From assembly GCF_006345805.1 (NCBI RefSeq), contig NC_043000.1, forward strand, positions 128,402,001 to 128,466,000: a stretch of 64,000 nucleotides of DNA, read 5' to 3'. Under the pieces are notes generated by a model. It did no database searches. It was not told where the DNA came from and saw only the letters and a program-made list of their open reading frames with translations. Every line of letters starts with the position of its first letter. Position 1 is the stretch's first letter. This document shows positions 39,151 to 53,609 of this stretch, one piece after another. A program made the translations under genes and the position numbers. Origin of the DNA: Octopus sinensis. Its lineage: Eukaryota.

Positions 39151-39819
39151 AATTAAATATATAAATAAAATTCAGACCAGGATTGAAAAAAGAAAATAAA
39201 TGAAAAATAAGAAGAAAAAAACAAAAACTCTCAGAAAAAGTGAAAGAAATCAGCAACAACAAAGCTTTTGTTAAAAATAAAGTTTGAGAAATGTGAGTGA
39301 CCAAACGTGTAATTAAAGGAGAGGACATTTGTTGATGAACAGCCTGTAATTTAAACATGTTTTTGGGGAAGGAGAGAGTAGTGTGGTGTTGAGACAACAA
39401 GTTTCTAGTGAGCCTTGACATGTCATTTGATGATTTCCCAGTCCGGAAATGGCTTGACTCTCACTTATATAGAGAAAGTCTTTGGAAAAAGCATTAAAGC
39501 CACTGCTACTATTAAGTTTTCTCTTTCCCTTAGACCTTTGTATTAAAAAAAAAAATTAATTAAAAAGTCCTGCAGGAGAAGGAAAACAGTGGTGCAATTG
39601 TTTCTCAAAGACACCACATGCAACAGATGATGATGATGATGATGATGGTTGTTGTGGCTTTTTATGGTAGTAGTGATGATGATGATGATGATGTTGAAGG
39701 CAGTAGTGATGATACTGATGGTGGTGAAGATGATGGTGAGAAGGACAAAGGTGACGTTTGAAGATGATAATAACATCTTAGTGTTTGTGAACAGTTCTGT
39801 TGAAAGAACACCAGAGTAT

Positions 39820-40560
39820 CAGTGAGTACTGTACTACTGACACTACAGTACTGCTGACACTGTTGTCGAAAGGGACACTAATCATACTAAACTACTATTG
39901 ATAGCATAATACCGATTATAATACCACAAAACTGACACCACCATACCACTAACACTTATTATGACAAGACTAACTCTGCAGTACACATCACATTGCCACT
40001 ACATCACAGTTACATCTAGGTCATGATATTAGTGCCACACTAACAATATAGTACTGATATCATACTAATGATATCACAGCACTAATACCATGCAATGACA
40101 TCAAAATACCAATATTCGACCAATAACATCATGAGGCATTCTTTCGGTTTGACTCGATGATACAATAACAAGAACTCGGTTGTTTCTGTGACAACTCAAC
40201 AATTCACTTCGGATATCTCCCATTTTGGTAACTGTTACAGGAGCTGTCATGAAGATATCCAAAGTGAATTGTTGAGTGGTCACGGAAACAACCGAGTTCT
40301 TGTTATTGTATTGTTGAGTCAAACCGAAAGAATGCCCATCATGTTAATAATACCATATTGATGATATTACAGCACTAATCCTATACTTGTGACATCGCAA
40401 CACTAATACTACATTAATGACACTACAACACTTAATAATACTTCAATGACATCAAACACAAACACCACATTCATGATAGTATAACCCTAACATCACACTA
40501 GCATAATACAATATCAGTGACATCACAACACCTAACATAATTCAATATTCAATGGGACAA
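39820..40560. repeat. Degenerate minisatellite-like region (actaatac...tgacatcaca motifs) hosting the MITE
   Basis: cactaatac and gacatcac-like motifs recur roughly every 30 bp on both sides of 40135-40336. Confidence 0.5.
40135..40336. mobile_element. Fold-back MITE (202 bp, 84-bp TIRs) with GG...CC ends and 8-bp TSD (Merlin-like)
   Basis: 40135-40218 (GGCATTCTTTCGGTTTGACTC...GGATATCT) is the near-perfect reverse complement of 40253-40336. Flanks are CATCATGA and CATCATGT (7/8 match). Confidence 0.9.
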
Positions 40561-40700
40561 TATTTGTGATTCACTGAGACACCAACACAAGAACCTACAA
40601 AACCTGGATGTAAGAGAGATTAGATGTAGTAGGCAAGAAAGAAAGCTGTGGTGGTACAGATATACAATACAAATGACAGGTAAAGATATGCCAAGTTGAA

Positions 40701-40926
40701 AAGGCGGTGAGCTGGCAGAAACGTTAGCACACCGGGCGAAACGCTTAGCGGTATTTCGTCTGCCGCTACGTTCTGTGTTCGTTGAGGTTGACTTTGCCTT
40801 TCATCCTTTCAGGGTCAATAAATTAAAGTACCAGTTATGCACTGGGGTTGATGTAATCGACTTAATCCCTTTGTCTGTCCTTGTTTGTCCCCTCTATGTT
40901 TAGCCCCTTGTGGGCAATAAAGAAAT
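40701..40926 (+). mobile_element. tRNA-derived SINE, family B (young)
   Basis: 18-bp TSD aagatatgccaagttgaa (40683-40700 and 40927-40944). Homologous to 5432-5664. Confidence 0.92.
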
Positions 40927-43499
40927 AAGATATGCCAAGTTGAAGGAACCTGTAGAAGAGGAAGACCAAAGTAAACACAAGAAGCAATGAAGACTGATTT
41001 CAAAAGGCTGAACTGCAGAAAAGAGATGACAAAAAACTGCAACATTTGGCAAGATGTTGTAATGCAGAAGCTTGCTCAACCCAAACAAGCACAGGAAAAC
41101 CACAATCATTATTTTGAGTCATATTATTATTATTATTATCATTATTATCATCATCACCATCCTAGTATGCTAGATAAGATGCTTAGCGGCATTTTGTCTA
41201 TCTTTACGTTCTGAAGTCAAATTCCGACAAGTCATCTTTGCCTGTTATCCTTTCAGGGTTGATGAATTAAGTAGCATTCAAGCACTGAGGTTGATGTGAT
41301 AGACTAGCTCTCTCCCACCAAAACTTCAGGCCTTGTGCCTACAGTAGAAAGGACTATTATCATCCTTTCATGATGGTCATATAACCATCATTGTATGTCT
41401 GTGTTTTTCCCATGTTTGCAAGATGGGAAAACGGATGTAAACTGATGGTGATGATAATGATGGAATTATAGCCACAATAATAAACAGTATCAACAAGATG
41501 ATAGCCACAGTACTAGCCTCCTTTCAATAATATTATGACTACAGTTTTAAGAGACCATCATTGACTGACATCAATGCACAAGAGCATACTAACATCATTA
41601 AAACATATTTTTTTTTATGGTGATGAAAGAGATATATGTTAACTGCTTCTTCTTTTAGTCTATAAAGATAGATAGACCAGTAGAAAGGAACAAGAACGCT
41701 TTTCATATGAATAAATTAAATTAAACTTAAATGTGCACATAAATAAGATATTTATAGAAGAAAAGAAAACAATAATAATTTCATTAATATTCAAGTTAAC
41801 TCCAAATTGACACTAAATTCACTGAAATAACTACAAATACTAAAGCAACTATGGCCTCTAGCATATTAAATCAACAAGGACTAACACTATTACAACTACT
41901 ATTAAAAGACAGAGACTATAAAAATTTAAAAACATAGTAAAATATTAAATAAACCACAAAACCTACAACTGCCTCATTTACCAGACCAATCAAAGTACCT
42001 CAAAAACACCAAAAGCTATTTTTGTTATTAAAAGATGTAAGACAAATTCCTTCTTATATTGTATTTCTCTTTCATGCAACTATATCTATATTATGGAATT
42101 TTAGCTTGAGGGAATGTTGAACAAATTTGAACTCAAAAGCACAAAATACTAATAAAACAATATATCTATCCTTATAAATACTCCTTTATGACTTCATTTA
42201 TGACTGTGTTTATGACTTAGTCAATTACTAAATTCATTTTTATTAATTTTTAAAAATTAAAGCTCAAACCTTTCATTACTATATTTCCGTTGAAACACAA
42301 TACTTTTGTTTCAATTTTGTTTTTAAATAATGAAGTATTTAGTAAAATGACTATCATTATTAAGCTAGTGTTTGGAACAGAAATTAACATGAAATTTTGA
42401 TGGTAGGTTTTAATTTGGATCACTTTAAAACAGGAAGTTTGTGTCATAGAACCTGGGAAGTCTCAAAAGCTTGGTGTCAAAAGGCTACACAACTGTTGTA
42501 TATAATAGTTATAGGACCTGGCTTCTATAAGTTGGGAATATATAAAGACTGTCCATGCTCCAAACAACTTTGCACAGAGCACAGCTTATTTGGGAAGGAA
42601 ATATTGAACAAGTACTACTGATGTGTGCTAACTTGTCTTCAGAAACAAGTCTGCTGGTGATAGATGGGCAAAATCATTAAAAAGTCAAACTAAAATGCCT
42701 GCTGCATGTAGTTACAACCCTTTACATTTTCAGTTTAAATTGTGCTGAAGTTAACTTTGCTTTCATCTCCTCTGGAATATAAATGCCAATCAAATAATAA
42801 AGTTCATTTAATATTCCTTAAAAAGCATCCTAGATGTGAGTGGAATTTTACTAGTTGTACGTTTTGCAATTTATTCCCAACTTGGCCCTTATCAAGTAAA
42901 CTTATGGTTAAAAGATTTCAAGTTTTGACTATCTCACCTTTTTTTGTTTTCCAGGAATGGTGTACCATGGATAATATAACCAATATGCTCTACTTTTAAT
43001 GAGAGTAGGGTATGATTTGAAGAGTATCTAGTAATTGTTTCTAGTAACCAAACAACCATACAGGTCCCCACCTCATTAGGTCATTATACCAGCGGTTAAT
43101 TATACTAATTACAATGTCTGAAGTAGTTGAACCAGGAAATTTGCATGCCGCCTGATCTATTGCTATGGCCAAGTATTGGATGTCTTATTTAGGAAAGCTA
43201 CTATTCCAACACTTAAACTATGAAGGACAAAGAAAGACCACAAACGAGCCAATGAGTGAGACCTCTATATGGTCAGCCAAGCTAGTAGAAATAACCAAAT
43301 CTCCCTGAATCACATTCTACTACCTGATAAGAAGACCCCCCCCCCAAAAAAAAAACCCAGATGTTTTTTATTTAGAGTTGTATGGGGGAGTGGGAAGGAT
43401 AGTTCGTAACTGGAATGCCTTTAATCATAGGTCTGATTGGCTAGGACTGACCTAGGGTTAAATAACAATATCACCTGACCAGAGATAAGTTTGGAACCT

Positions 43500-46400
43500 G
43501 TCAAAATTTGACAACCACAATGTTTCGTGGTAAGAAACTCCTATTCTAATAGCAATCCTGTCCGTAAGACCCCTATCATCTTACCCAATCTTCTTCCTTG
43601 GCCTTTTATTCTCCATCTCTCCGGTAGCTATAACTAACTAGAATAGGTTTATCACAGATAGAGAAATAATTAAAAACACCCTCACTAGCTATTATTACCA
43701 CTTCCCCACATCAACTTTAACAAACAAATAAATAAAAATAAGTCTAAAAAAATCAAGGAGCTATTAGAAATAGCAGTCATATTTCCCTCAAATTAGAGCC
43801 TGCAGTATTCAATAATAAATGAATAAATGTTACATTTATACACTATAATCTAAAGAAAAAATAGATACGAAATGGTCACGAATCGAACGCTTTTGATTAT
43901 GTCTGCTCGTTCATGACAGGCCTAGTACAACCACAACTACTACAAAATTAATCATTACAACCAAAACAACAGCGACAAGGGCTGGGATTAGAAGACAATA
44001 GATTCTTTCTCACACGTTTTTGACAAGACATTCACATATGGCCGGACAATGGATCAGTGCAGAACAGGACACGATGTGTATGTGTGTACAAGTACAATGC
44101 GTGTTTGTTTACATAAGTGGCGTGCTAAGGCGAATTTGGGATCTTTGCATGAATACTTTAAATAACTTATTGAAAATGAAATATACACATAAAAAATAAG
44201 GGCGTGGAAGTAATGATGCGAAAGACTGTGATGGTGGGGATGCAAGTGGAAATGAAATAAAAAGAGAGAAGACACTGGTAGGGAATCAAAAAAGGATTGT
44301 GCGTTGAGCGAGACGGGAGTCAAATCAAAACTGGCCAGAGAAGAGGGGATTGAAAGAAGGTGGTAGTTGTGGTGAAGGAAAGAAAAAATGATCAATGAAA
44401 ATATACGGAACAAAATCGATAAAAGGCAGGCAAAGCTTGAATGGAGAAGAGTCATTGATGAAATGAAAAACAGTAAAACGAAAATGAAACGACATAAGGA
44501 GAAGGTTTCTTTTGGCGGGGTGGAGTATGCTTGATCCTGATAGAGTTGTAGTGGGGAAAAAAAGTATAAATGACACTAGGAGTTTCTTTAATATAGCTTA
44601 GCTCTTTTTTGTTTGTTTTTGTACTGGGACGGCAGATGAATGGCAGAAAATGTGAATGGTTGAGCAGGTTATTGAGCGAGCAACTGTAAGTTCATTGTAT
44701 TAATACAGGTATACATGTGAGACTAGGAACCCCCCCACACACACATTAACATGCAAATACAGTTATGTATTTTAAAGGGCTGGTTAGTTGTTCATCATCA
44801 ACCCACCCTTTGAAATAGAGGTCTCAAATACGACAAGAATAAATATTTATTTATTAAATGATTCGTGACAGCCGGCCGGATTAATCTTTTGTAAGCGAGA
44901 CAGTCCGGCCGACTGTCACGAATTTTTTTTATAACACACACACCCACACATATATATATACATATAAACACAGACACACACACACACATATAGTTCCTCG
45001 AGTATCCCCCCCCACCACAAAAAACCCCACGACTTATTAATTTTTTTTTAGCTAAAGAAGATTTATGAAAGTCTGATGTTCATGTACACTCGAGAGGCAT
45101 GCTTAAGTATCTTATACACGCTTTAAATAAGCAACCGCTCCGGTGTACACACCCCAATATATATCATTGAGGTTTTTGGTACATACAATTTTATGTGTAC
45201 CACGTCTTTTATAGTGAAATACGTCACAGCGACTTAGAATTTAATTACTTGTGTATTTTGTCATCTGTTTTGCTTTCTAAGCCACAGGTGAGAAGATTGA
45301 ATAACGAATTATTTTAAATTGAAAACAAAATTTGCTTTAATAAAATGGAATGAAGGGGTGGAAATTTTCCTTATAAGACATTAAGCTAAAAAAAAAAAAA
45401 ATTTGAAATCTTTTAAATACGTAATACGTTTTTACACACAAAAGAACATTCAGGTAGAATTAAATAATAGTAAAGGATTATTTCAGGTTTCTCATATACC
45501 CTTTTATAAGTATATACAAGATAAGGACACAATTTTTTGAAACCACATTTTTTTCATGTATTTAAAAAAATTAAATAAAATTCAACACATGACAGAAAAA
45601 CCACGATCTCTTCCGTGAAACGTGTTAGCTGCTACGAACCAACGAGGAGAACCTTTTACCTCTCGCTGTTTCGACAGACAAGAACTAACCGCTAAATAAT
45701 ACCCTACCTAACATCTTAGGAAAAAATACAAAGAATGAATTGGATTGGATAAAGAAGCCCCTCCTCGCCCCACACCAACCAACAAAAAACAGGAGATGAA
45801 TGGTCACTATTGGAACGCCTTTCATAATAGGTCTGTCTGCTTGATCGTAGCTGACCTGGGGTTAAACAACAACTTTCCGTCTTCGTGTAAATTTGCAAAA
45901 CCACAAAAGTCCATCATCTAACAATGATTGAATCAGTGTAGCACTTACCATAATGGAAATATACTAGACTAATTAAAAAGAAATGAAAGAATTTTCAAAT
46001 TGAAAAATATAAGGCGAGAGAGAATGTCAGAATAAAATGCCACGAGTTATTTTAATTACAACCCTTCGTAGATTGAGTTTAACATTCGTCAAAGTTGTCA
46101 CCTAGATGTGTTCCCTAACAGTCCCAAACAAGTTCTGGCGTCAATTTAATAATTTAACCCTCCCACAAAATTTTGTGGTCTAATGGCAATGTTAGTCATA
46201 ATCCTTTATTAGTTATAACTGCTGATACTTTTTAATTCATTGTAAAATATTTTCTTTCGAGAACTTTCTTTTTTTAATTTAAACGTATTTCTCTTCCGCA
46301 CTAAACCGTTGTGCTTTAATGGATTTTCCCCTTAGTATGCGCGCGTCTTTGTATGTGTGTTTGTGTATGCGTATATCTATCTATATATCAACCAACACAC

Positions 46401-48600
46401 ACACACATTTATATATTTATATACGCAATTCACACGCACATACATGAGTGTGTGTATCAACTTTCACTATATATATATGTGTGTGTGTGTGAGCTATCGT
46501 TATCCTGTTGTGAATCGCCACCAGCACCAACACCATCACTGTCAATATAACCACTGCATACTATACGTAGGCGTGCTTGGAAACCATTAAACTCACTCGA
46601 TCTCTCTCCTGTTCACTCTGACCACCCACGCACATTAACATAGAGCCACTCCATATCTGCATTGCTGCTGCTGCTGTTATTATTGCTACTACAACTAAGA
46701 AGAGCAGCAAGCGGGGGTTTTTTTTTATTCTTTAATGGCTAGATATATATTATATATACGTTAGCTGGATCGCATTTCAGATTTGACGACAATGGGGGTT
46801 TGTTGCCCTCATCTGCAGTCCGGGAAGGGTCAAGTGTCGCAATGCTTAAAGCAGACGGATAAAGCAAGTCGGATGTAAGAGAGGTAGTCTCGGTGAACAT
46901 ACCAAAGTGATATACTATCTATGCGACCTTCTTGATTGTGTAGTGTGACATGACAGGGCGTGCGTGTGTGTATGTGTACACACACACACACACACATATG
47001 TATATGTATGTATATGTTTACATATACGCGCGTACATGGAGACATACAGACACTGACAGAGTGTGTTGTCATATGATAATGACATGGTGTGATATGCTGT
47101 AGTGTGGAGAGTTATGGTGTGATGTGGTATTTTGTACTATGTATGATGTATGTAGTCTTGTGTAATCTGGAATGATGTAATGTAGACATGGTATGGTTTA
47201 GTGTGTGAGATGGTGGTGACGGTTTAGTGTTGTTTAGCCCTAGGTCATCCACGATCGAGCAAACTAATGATTAATGACGTTACAGCTGTGATCATCTTAC
47301 TTTGTATATCAAGACTACATTGACCAGTAGCATACATTTCTTCATTTAAGAGGTTAGGGTGCGATTTGAAGATTTGGCTGCTCTTTCTGGACGGCCGAAT
47401 AACCCATGTACAGGCTCTTTACTAGTTCAATATTGGTAGTTTGTTGTATAGTCCCAGGTTAGCCACGATCAAGCACACTTATGATCAAAGGCGTTTCTAC
47501 TATGGCCATTCCTTTTCATTTTGTATTTGTAGGACTACGTTGACCAACATGTCCTTCATTTTTAAAAACTGCAATTTGAGATCTAACTGCTGTTTCCAGC
47601 AGATACCTTGTCATTTACACTATGCGAAAGGTTTTTCTTAAGTGCTAAACATAATGTAGTATGGGTTCGATTCAGTATGGTCTAGGGTAGCAGTTCCAAC
47701 ATTTTCCCATCACGACTCAACACTTAACTAGCCACAACCACCTTCTTTCTTTTTAATATATCAATAAATAATTCTACCCAAAAAGTTAATGAAATTGACA
47801 GTTGATATTTTCTTGGAAAATTATTCTTCGGTGATTTAGAGTAAAAAATTGTAGTGCTTATGTCTACAGGTTTATTGTATAATAATAATATTCACGAACA
47901 TCTTTCATGTTTATCAAAAATGTATTTCACTACTAAAAAAATGAGGCTTCACGGCCCTTTCAGAATTATACTATACAATCTACACATAAATTCGGAGCTA
48001 CTGTAGTAGAGTGATGTGTACTATAAGAAGGGGCGATGATGATACAGATAAGCTGTATAGAATGATCCAGTAATCAGGAGTAAAAAAGCCTGAAATCTGA
48101 GAGGGCAGAGGGACTTAACTGATACCATCGAACCTCAATACTTACTGGTATTTTTATTTAACGGCTTCGAAAAGATGAAAGGTAGTTGACCTCGGTGGGC
48201 TTTCAACTCGGAATGTAAAAAGTCAGAACGAATACAGCAAAACATTTTTCTGATGCTCTAACAATTCTATTTTGTCTTATAGTGTAATGTAATGAAAGGC
48301 GGCGAAACGGCGGAGTTCTTAGAACTTAGGATTCATTTCGGCGATTTGGGTCAAATCTCTCCGAGATTAACTTTTTTGGGGCCCCTTTTCAAATAGTGGG
48401 GCTGATTTTTCTCTTTTTCTCTAGATTGTACCTGAAATTTGTAGGTCTCAGTTTGTTACCATTGTGCCACGCTGATTCAGACTGAGAACTGCGTTAAGAT
48501 TAAACATGTCTGTGGAATACTCAGCCACTTTCACGTAGGTGGAACAACTGAATGCTCACCATCAAGATGAATGAATCCGCCACCACTGCGATATGTGCTA
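43500..48600. promoter_or_regulatory. Locally CpG-retaining region; candidate unmethylated promoter/5' end of the SPRED gene
   Basis: CG dinucleotides are visibly more frequent here, outside young repeats, than in the rest of the window (judged by eye, not counted). The region lies upstream of the SPRED exon on the minus strand and contains a minus-strand GA|GTGAGT donor at 46591-46596. Confidence 0.45.
44861..44923 (-). other. Isolated GC-rich hairpin (20-bp arms, 23-nt spacer)
   Basis: ATTCGTGACAGCCGGCCGGA (44861-44880) pairs with TCCGGCCGACTGTCACGAAT (44904-44923). The single mismatch becomes a G-U pair on the minus strand. Confidence 0.75.
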
Positions 48601-50935
48601 AGTGTTTGGCATTGTAATGAGATGTACTCTAAATATAACTTAACAGTGTTGATAGAATATTGTATTATGATGAAGTGTACTTCCAGTGTATTTGTAATAC
48701 ATTAATTGCATCTAACCCAACTGAAAATGTCGCTTATTTTTTTTATTATCATTGAAAGAAACGTTGACTCAAAAACCTGCATCACAGCAAAATGAACCTT
48801 AAATTGAGTTTGAAAAGGACTCTGTATGTTGTAAGTATAGCAAAGAAGTGCCTGCAGATATACCAGAAGTGACTGGGTACTCTGTATGTAGCAACTTGCA
48901 AGATTTTGTGGTCATGTTGCAGATAACCATCTAGTTTGTCTGGAAAATATTTTAATTATTACTCATTGCATTTTGAATTCAAATCCTGCTGAGGTCAACT
49001 TTGCCATTTGTCATTTTGTGGGTTGATAAAATAAATTATAAGTCAAGTATTAGGATTGATGTTATCAACTAGCCCTTCCCCTAAAATTGTTGGCCTTGTG
49101 CCAAAATTTGAATTATATTCATTAAGCATATAAAAACCAAGGAAAGATATTTGGATGACATTAAATTGAATATTAATATTAAATGATATTAAGGTGGCAA
49201 ACTGGCAGAATCGTTAATGCACTAGGCAAGATCTTCAACAGTATTTTGCCTGTCTTTATGTTCTGAGTTCAAATTCTGCTGAGGCTGACTTTATCTTTCA
49301 TCCTTGTACCAGTTTCGATGTAATTGACTTCAACCCACCCCACCGAAATTACTGGCCTTGTGCCAAAATTTGAAAACAATATTAAATTAAATATTGATAT
49401 TAAACAAATATTCATAAAACAGAAAAACCAAAAAGATACTTTGATGATATATTTAAATTTTGAAAGCTTTTTTGGTGGAAGCTTACTTCAATTAATTATG
49501 TCTATAACAAATGGAAGAGGGGATAACGTTCAGTTAAGATATGATGGGGCTAGCAGAGATATAACAACCAGTTTTTTATACTACAATTAAGTTTAGAGAT
49601 TGACAAACAAAAAAATGCTTTGGATACCAACTTAGCTCTGAATAATGTTCCATAAAATTGTGATCCAAGACAAGGACTATTTAATCTCTGTCCAAGAAAC
49701 ATTAGTATTTAGGATTTGTTCATGACTATTACAAACTGAATTGATGCAACTGGCTACCAGTTTGAACATCCTGTTAATATTTCTAAGAAAATTAGGATCA
49801 CGTGTAAATGACTGGCAACAGAGTAAACTTCGGTAGAGGAACCCCAAAATCAAGAGGATGGGTGTTAAAACTGGCAGTGTGTTGAATCTATTAAATAAAC
49901 ATATTATAATGCCAATTTTCTCCTTAGAAATATATTTCTACTCCAGATTTTGGATCTTTATGAGCTGGTGGATTTATTACACCAAGTATTTTCAAGTTAA
50001 AAAAAAAAAAAATGTTTAAACTAAGTTAACCACTATATGCAGTAATACTACTACCCTTCTTGTTCTGAGGAGTAGTTTGTTTGATTTAATTTAGAAAATA
50101 ATGAAGAATTCATTAAGATAATTTTGTCAGTATCAAGCTGTTGTTTGGAACATAAATTAACATGAAATTTTGATGAGAGGTTTTGATTTAGATCACTTTA
50201 GAACAGGAAAAAAGGTTAATGACGCAAGTATGGCTGCCAAATGCTGGAGAACTTGACACATTCAAAGATTTTATATCTAGTTGGAGAAGTTCTGCAAAAA
50301 GAAAGAATCCCCAACTACTCACAGTTCTGTAAAGTTTCAAACTTGTCAGTTCCTATAAGAAACATGATAATTGCCCAACAGTGACCATTAAAATGATGAT
50401 GATGATGATATGGGTAAGAAAAGATGATGATAGTGATGATGGTGGTGACAGGGTGATGATGGCAATGTTGATGATGATGATAAGGCATTTCTCTCTCTAA
50501 CCATGCTGAGGTGTCTGTCTACTCTCCTCATACTGCCTCCACCAATAAACTAACTGATTACAGCTGACATCTAGGAACAAGAGTGTGTGTGGGGGGAGAG
50601 ACAGTCAAAAACAGATAAATAAATACAATAAAAACTATGAATGAATGAATGTACATATGAATGAATAATGACCTAAAGTGTCCTGAATTTAGAACACATT
50701 CCTCCACTCTACACACTCAATTCTTTATTAGCCTCTCCTTTTAAGTAGCACTAAGTACTTATAAGTAAATCTATGAAGGTGGTGATGGTGTTGGTGGAAA
50801 TAGTTCAGATGGTGGTGATAGTAGTGGACAGTCGTAATGGCATAGTATATATACAAATATGCATACATACACACATACAGATACATACATATATATATAT
50901 ACATACATATATATATATATATATTATACATACAA

Positions 50936-50972
<37 letters not shown>

Positions 50973-51035
50973 CATATGTATAACAAAAATAAGGAAAGTA
51001 CACACACACACATATATGTCTGTGTGTGTGTATAT

Positions 51036-51422
51036 ATTCTTTTACTTGTTTCAGTCATTTGACTGTGGCCATGCTGGAACACTGCCTTTAGCTGAGCAAA
51101 TCGATTCCAGGACTTATTTTTTGTAAGCCTTGTACTTATTCCATCGGTCTCTTTTGCCGAGCTGCTAGGTGGTGAGGACAAAAACACACCAGCATTGGTT
51201 ATCAAGCGATGCTGGAAGGACAAACACAAACACACAGACACACACACACACATACATACGACGGACTCCTTCCAGTTTCCGCCTACCAAATCCACTCACA
51301 AGGCTTTGGTTGGCCTGAGGCTATAGTAGAAGACACTTGCCCAAGGTGCCATGCAGTGGGACTGAACCCAGAACCATGTGGTTGGTAAGCAAGCTACTGA
51401 CCACACAACCACTCTTGCACCT
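51036..51422 (-). mobile_element. Family A SINE, full length
   Basis: Same tail, CORE-like block and A/B boxes as 9231-9623. Confidence 0.9.
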
Positions 51423-52878
51423 ATGTCTGCATTTCTAATCAAAAGCATTCAAAGCAGAATGTACTATTGAAGAAAACTTAATCTGAGGTAAGACCATACA
51501 TATTGCCTTTATATAAGGTGTCAGATGTTGACTCTTCCAGTCTATTCTTTAATTCCATAGACTTGCATCAAAGCTCTAAAGTGTTTATAATCTTATGAAT
51601 ATTTTGCTGAGAGCCCTTGACTAGAAATACAGGAAAGACACCAAGCCATAGAAAATCTGTTTCAATGAATTTTGTCTGACCCAAATATGTGGAAAAGTGG
51701 ATGTTAAAGCAATGATACACACACGGTTCTATCCATGCCAGCAAGGAAAATGAACATAAAATAATTATGGCAATCTCTCTCTCTCTCACTATATATAGTA
51801 CCTCATACATACATACATACATATCTATATAAGTGTGTGTGTACACACACATATACACCAATTCTTTTACTAGTTTCTGTTGTTAGACTGTGGTTAAGCT
51901 AGGACAACACATTCAAGGGTATAGTGGATTATCTTGACACCAGCAATTATAGACTGGTACATCATATACATACATACATACATACACATACACACACACA
52001 CGCATGCACATAAGCAAATATATTATATTCCATTCTATATAGTTTTGTTCTCTCTTTTCATTGTTTATTTATTATCCCTGAATTGCAACAGTGTGTGTAG
52101 TATAAGGTGCATTTTGGGTCACACAATGAATGTCAGCCCAAGAGATTACAAAGTAGTTCAGCTTGAGTGTTTAGAATGTTAGTTGACAAAGAGGGGGAGT
52201 GAGAAGTGGGAGGAAGCGATATGTGAGAGATATGTGATGGAGAGAGAGAAAGAGAAAGAGAGAGAGAGGAGAGGAAACTGTAAGAGAAGTAGGAGAATGA
52301 TGACAATAAAAACAAAACAAACTCTGTAATTCACACAAACACACATTGAAAGGTTTTCCTACAGGCATTCATAGATAGAGAGGTTAAACAGACAGACACA
52401 GGCACACACACACATACATACAGTAACTGACAGAGATATATTGTCACATCACACAATCTTATACATGAAGATGTACAAACACTAAATGTTTATGTTTATA
52501 TTTAAACATACATTTGTGTGTGTATGTGTAGACACACACACACACACACATATTTTCACAAACAGAATACACGTGCACAAACATGTGCATACAGAGTGAC
52601 ATTCATACTCACATATTCATATGCACGCATCTTCAGAAACACACACACACACACACACACACAGAAACATCACAAGCCAATGACAGATCTTCTGCATAGT
52701 TGTTCAATATGCTAGAAATAGTAGCTAAAAATCTCATCCAAATACTTCCCACAGCTTTAAAGAACAGACTTATTGGACAATATCCTAGCCACATAAAAAT
52801 ACAGGATGGTCAAATCTTGATTGTCATTGATCATAGGCCCACTAGATCATGACTGAGCTTTGACCAAACAATATCAAC

Positions 52879-52909
<31 letters not shown>

Positions 52910-53609
52910 CATACATTGGCATCTCCTAAGCATTCACGCACACATACACATACATACATACACCCACACACATGAAGAAATATAACTGAATGTGACAAAT
53001 ATATATCTGTTTCTCTCCTTTGAGAGTTTGTCAAGCATTAAATGAAGGTTATAAATTGTAAAGGCATATCAAGAGCAACTAAGAAAGAAAAGAAAGAAAA
53101 AGAAATAACAAAAGTAGTTGAATCAGGAAAATAGGAAGAGTTACTTGTTTGTAAACTACGGTTCTATGTTATTTTTAGATGTAGGCACATAAAATGTGAA
53201 GGTATTTTTTTCGTTTTAAGTGAATCATAGGCTCAGTTTTTACTGATAGTTGTGAGTTTGCTTCAGCTGGCTAATTATGGAATTTCTATCTCCACCACCC
53301 ACAAGAAGTAGGATTTTGGACTTGAATCTTTCCTTTTATCCTTTACTTGTTTCATTCATTGGAGTGCAGCCTGCTGGGGCAGTGCGATGGAGGGTTTAGT
53401 CAAACAAATCAACCCCAGTACTTATCTTTTGTTTTTGAAGTCTGGTTCGTTTTCTATTGGCCTCTTTTTGTTGAATCACTAAGTTGCAGAGATGCAAAGA
53501 AATGAAAACCAGTTGTCAAGTGGTGGTGGGAATAAGCAGGGCAAACATAAATCCAATGATACACACACACACACACACACATATATATATTGACACAAGG
53601 ATGGTTACA

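Noticed and set aside
45940-45960. Minus-strand ATG|GTAAGT as SPRED coding exon 1
   Set aside because: It is a phase 0 donor, incompatible with the phase 2 start of the 28114 exon.
48960-49460. Two similar SINE-plus-flank blocks
   Set aside because: An old, diverged local duplication or adjacent SINE relics, with no further structure.
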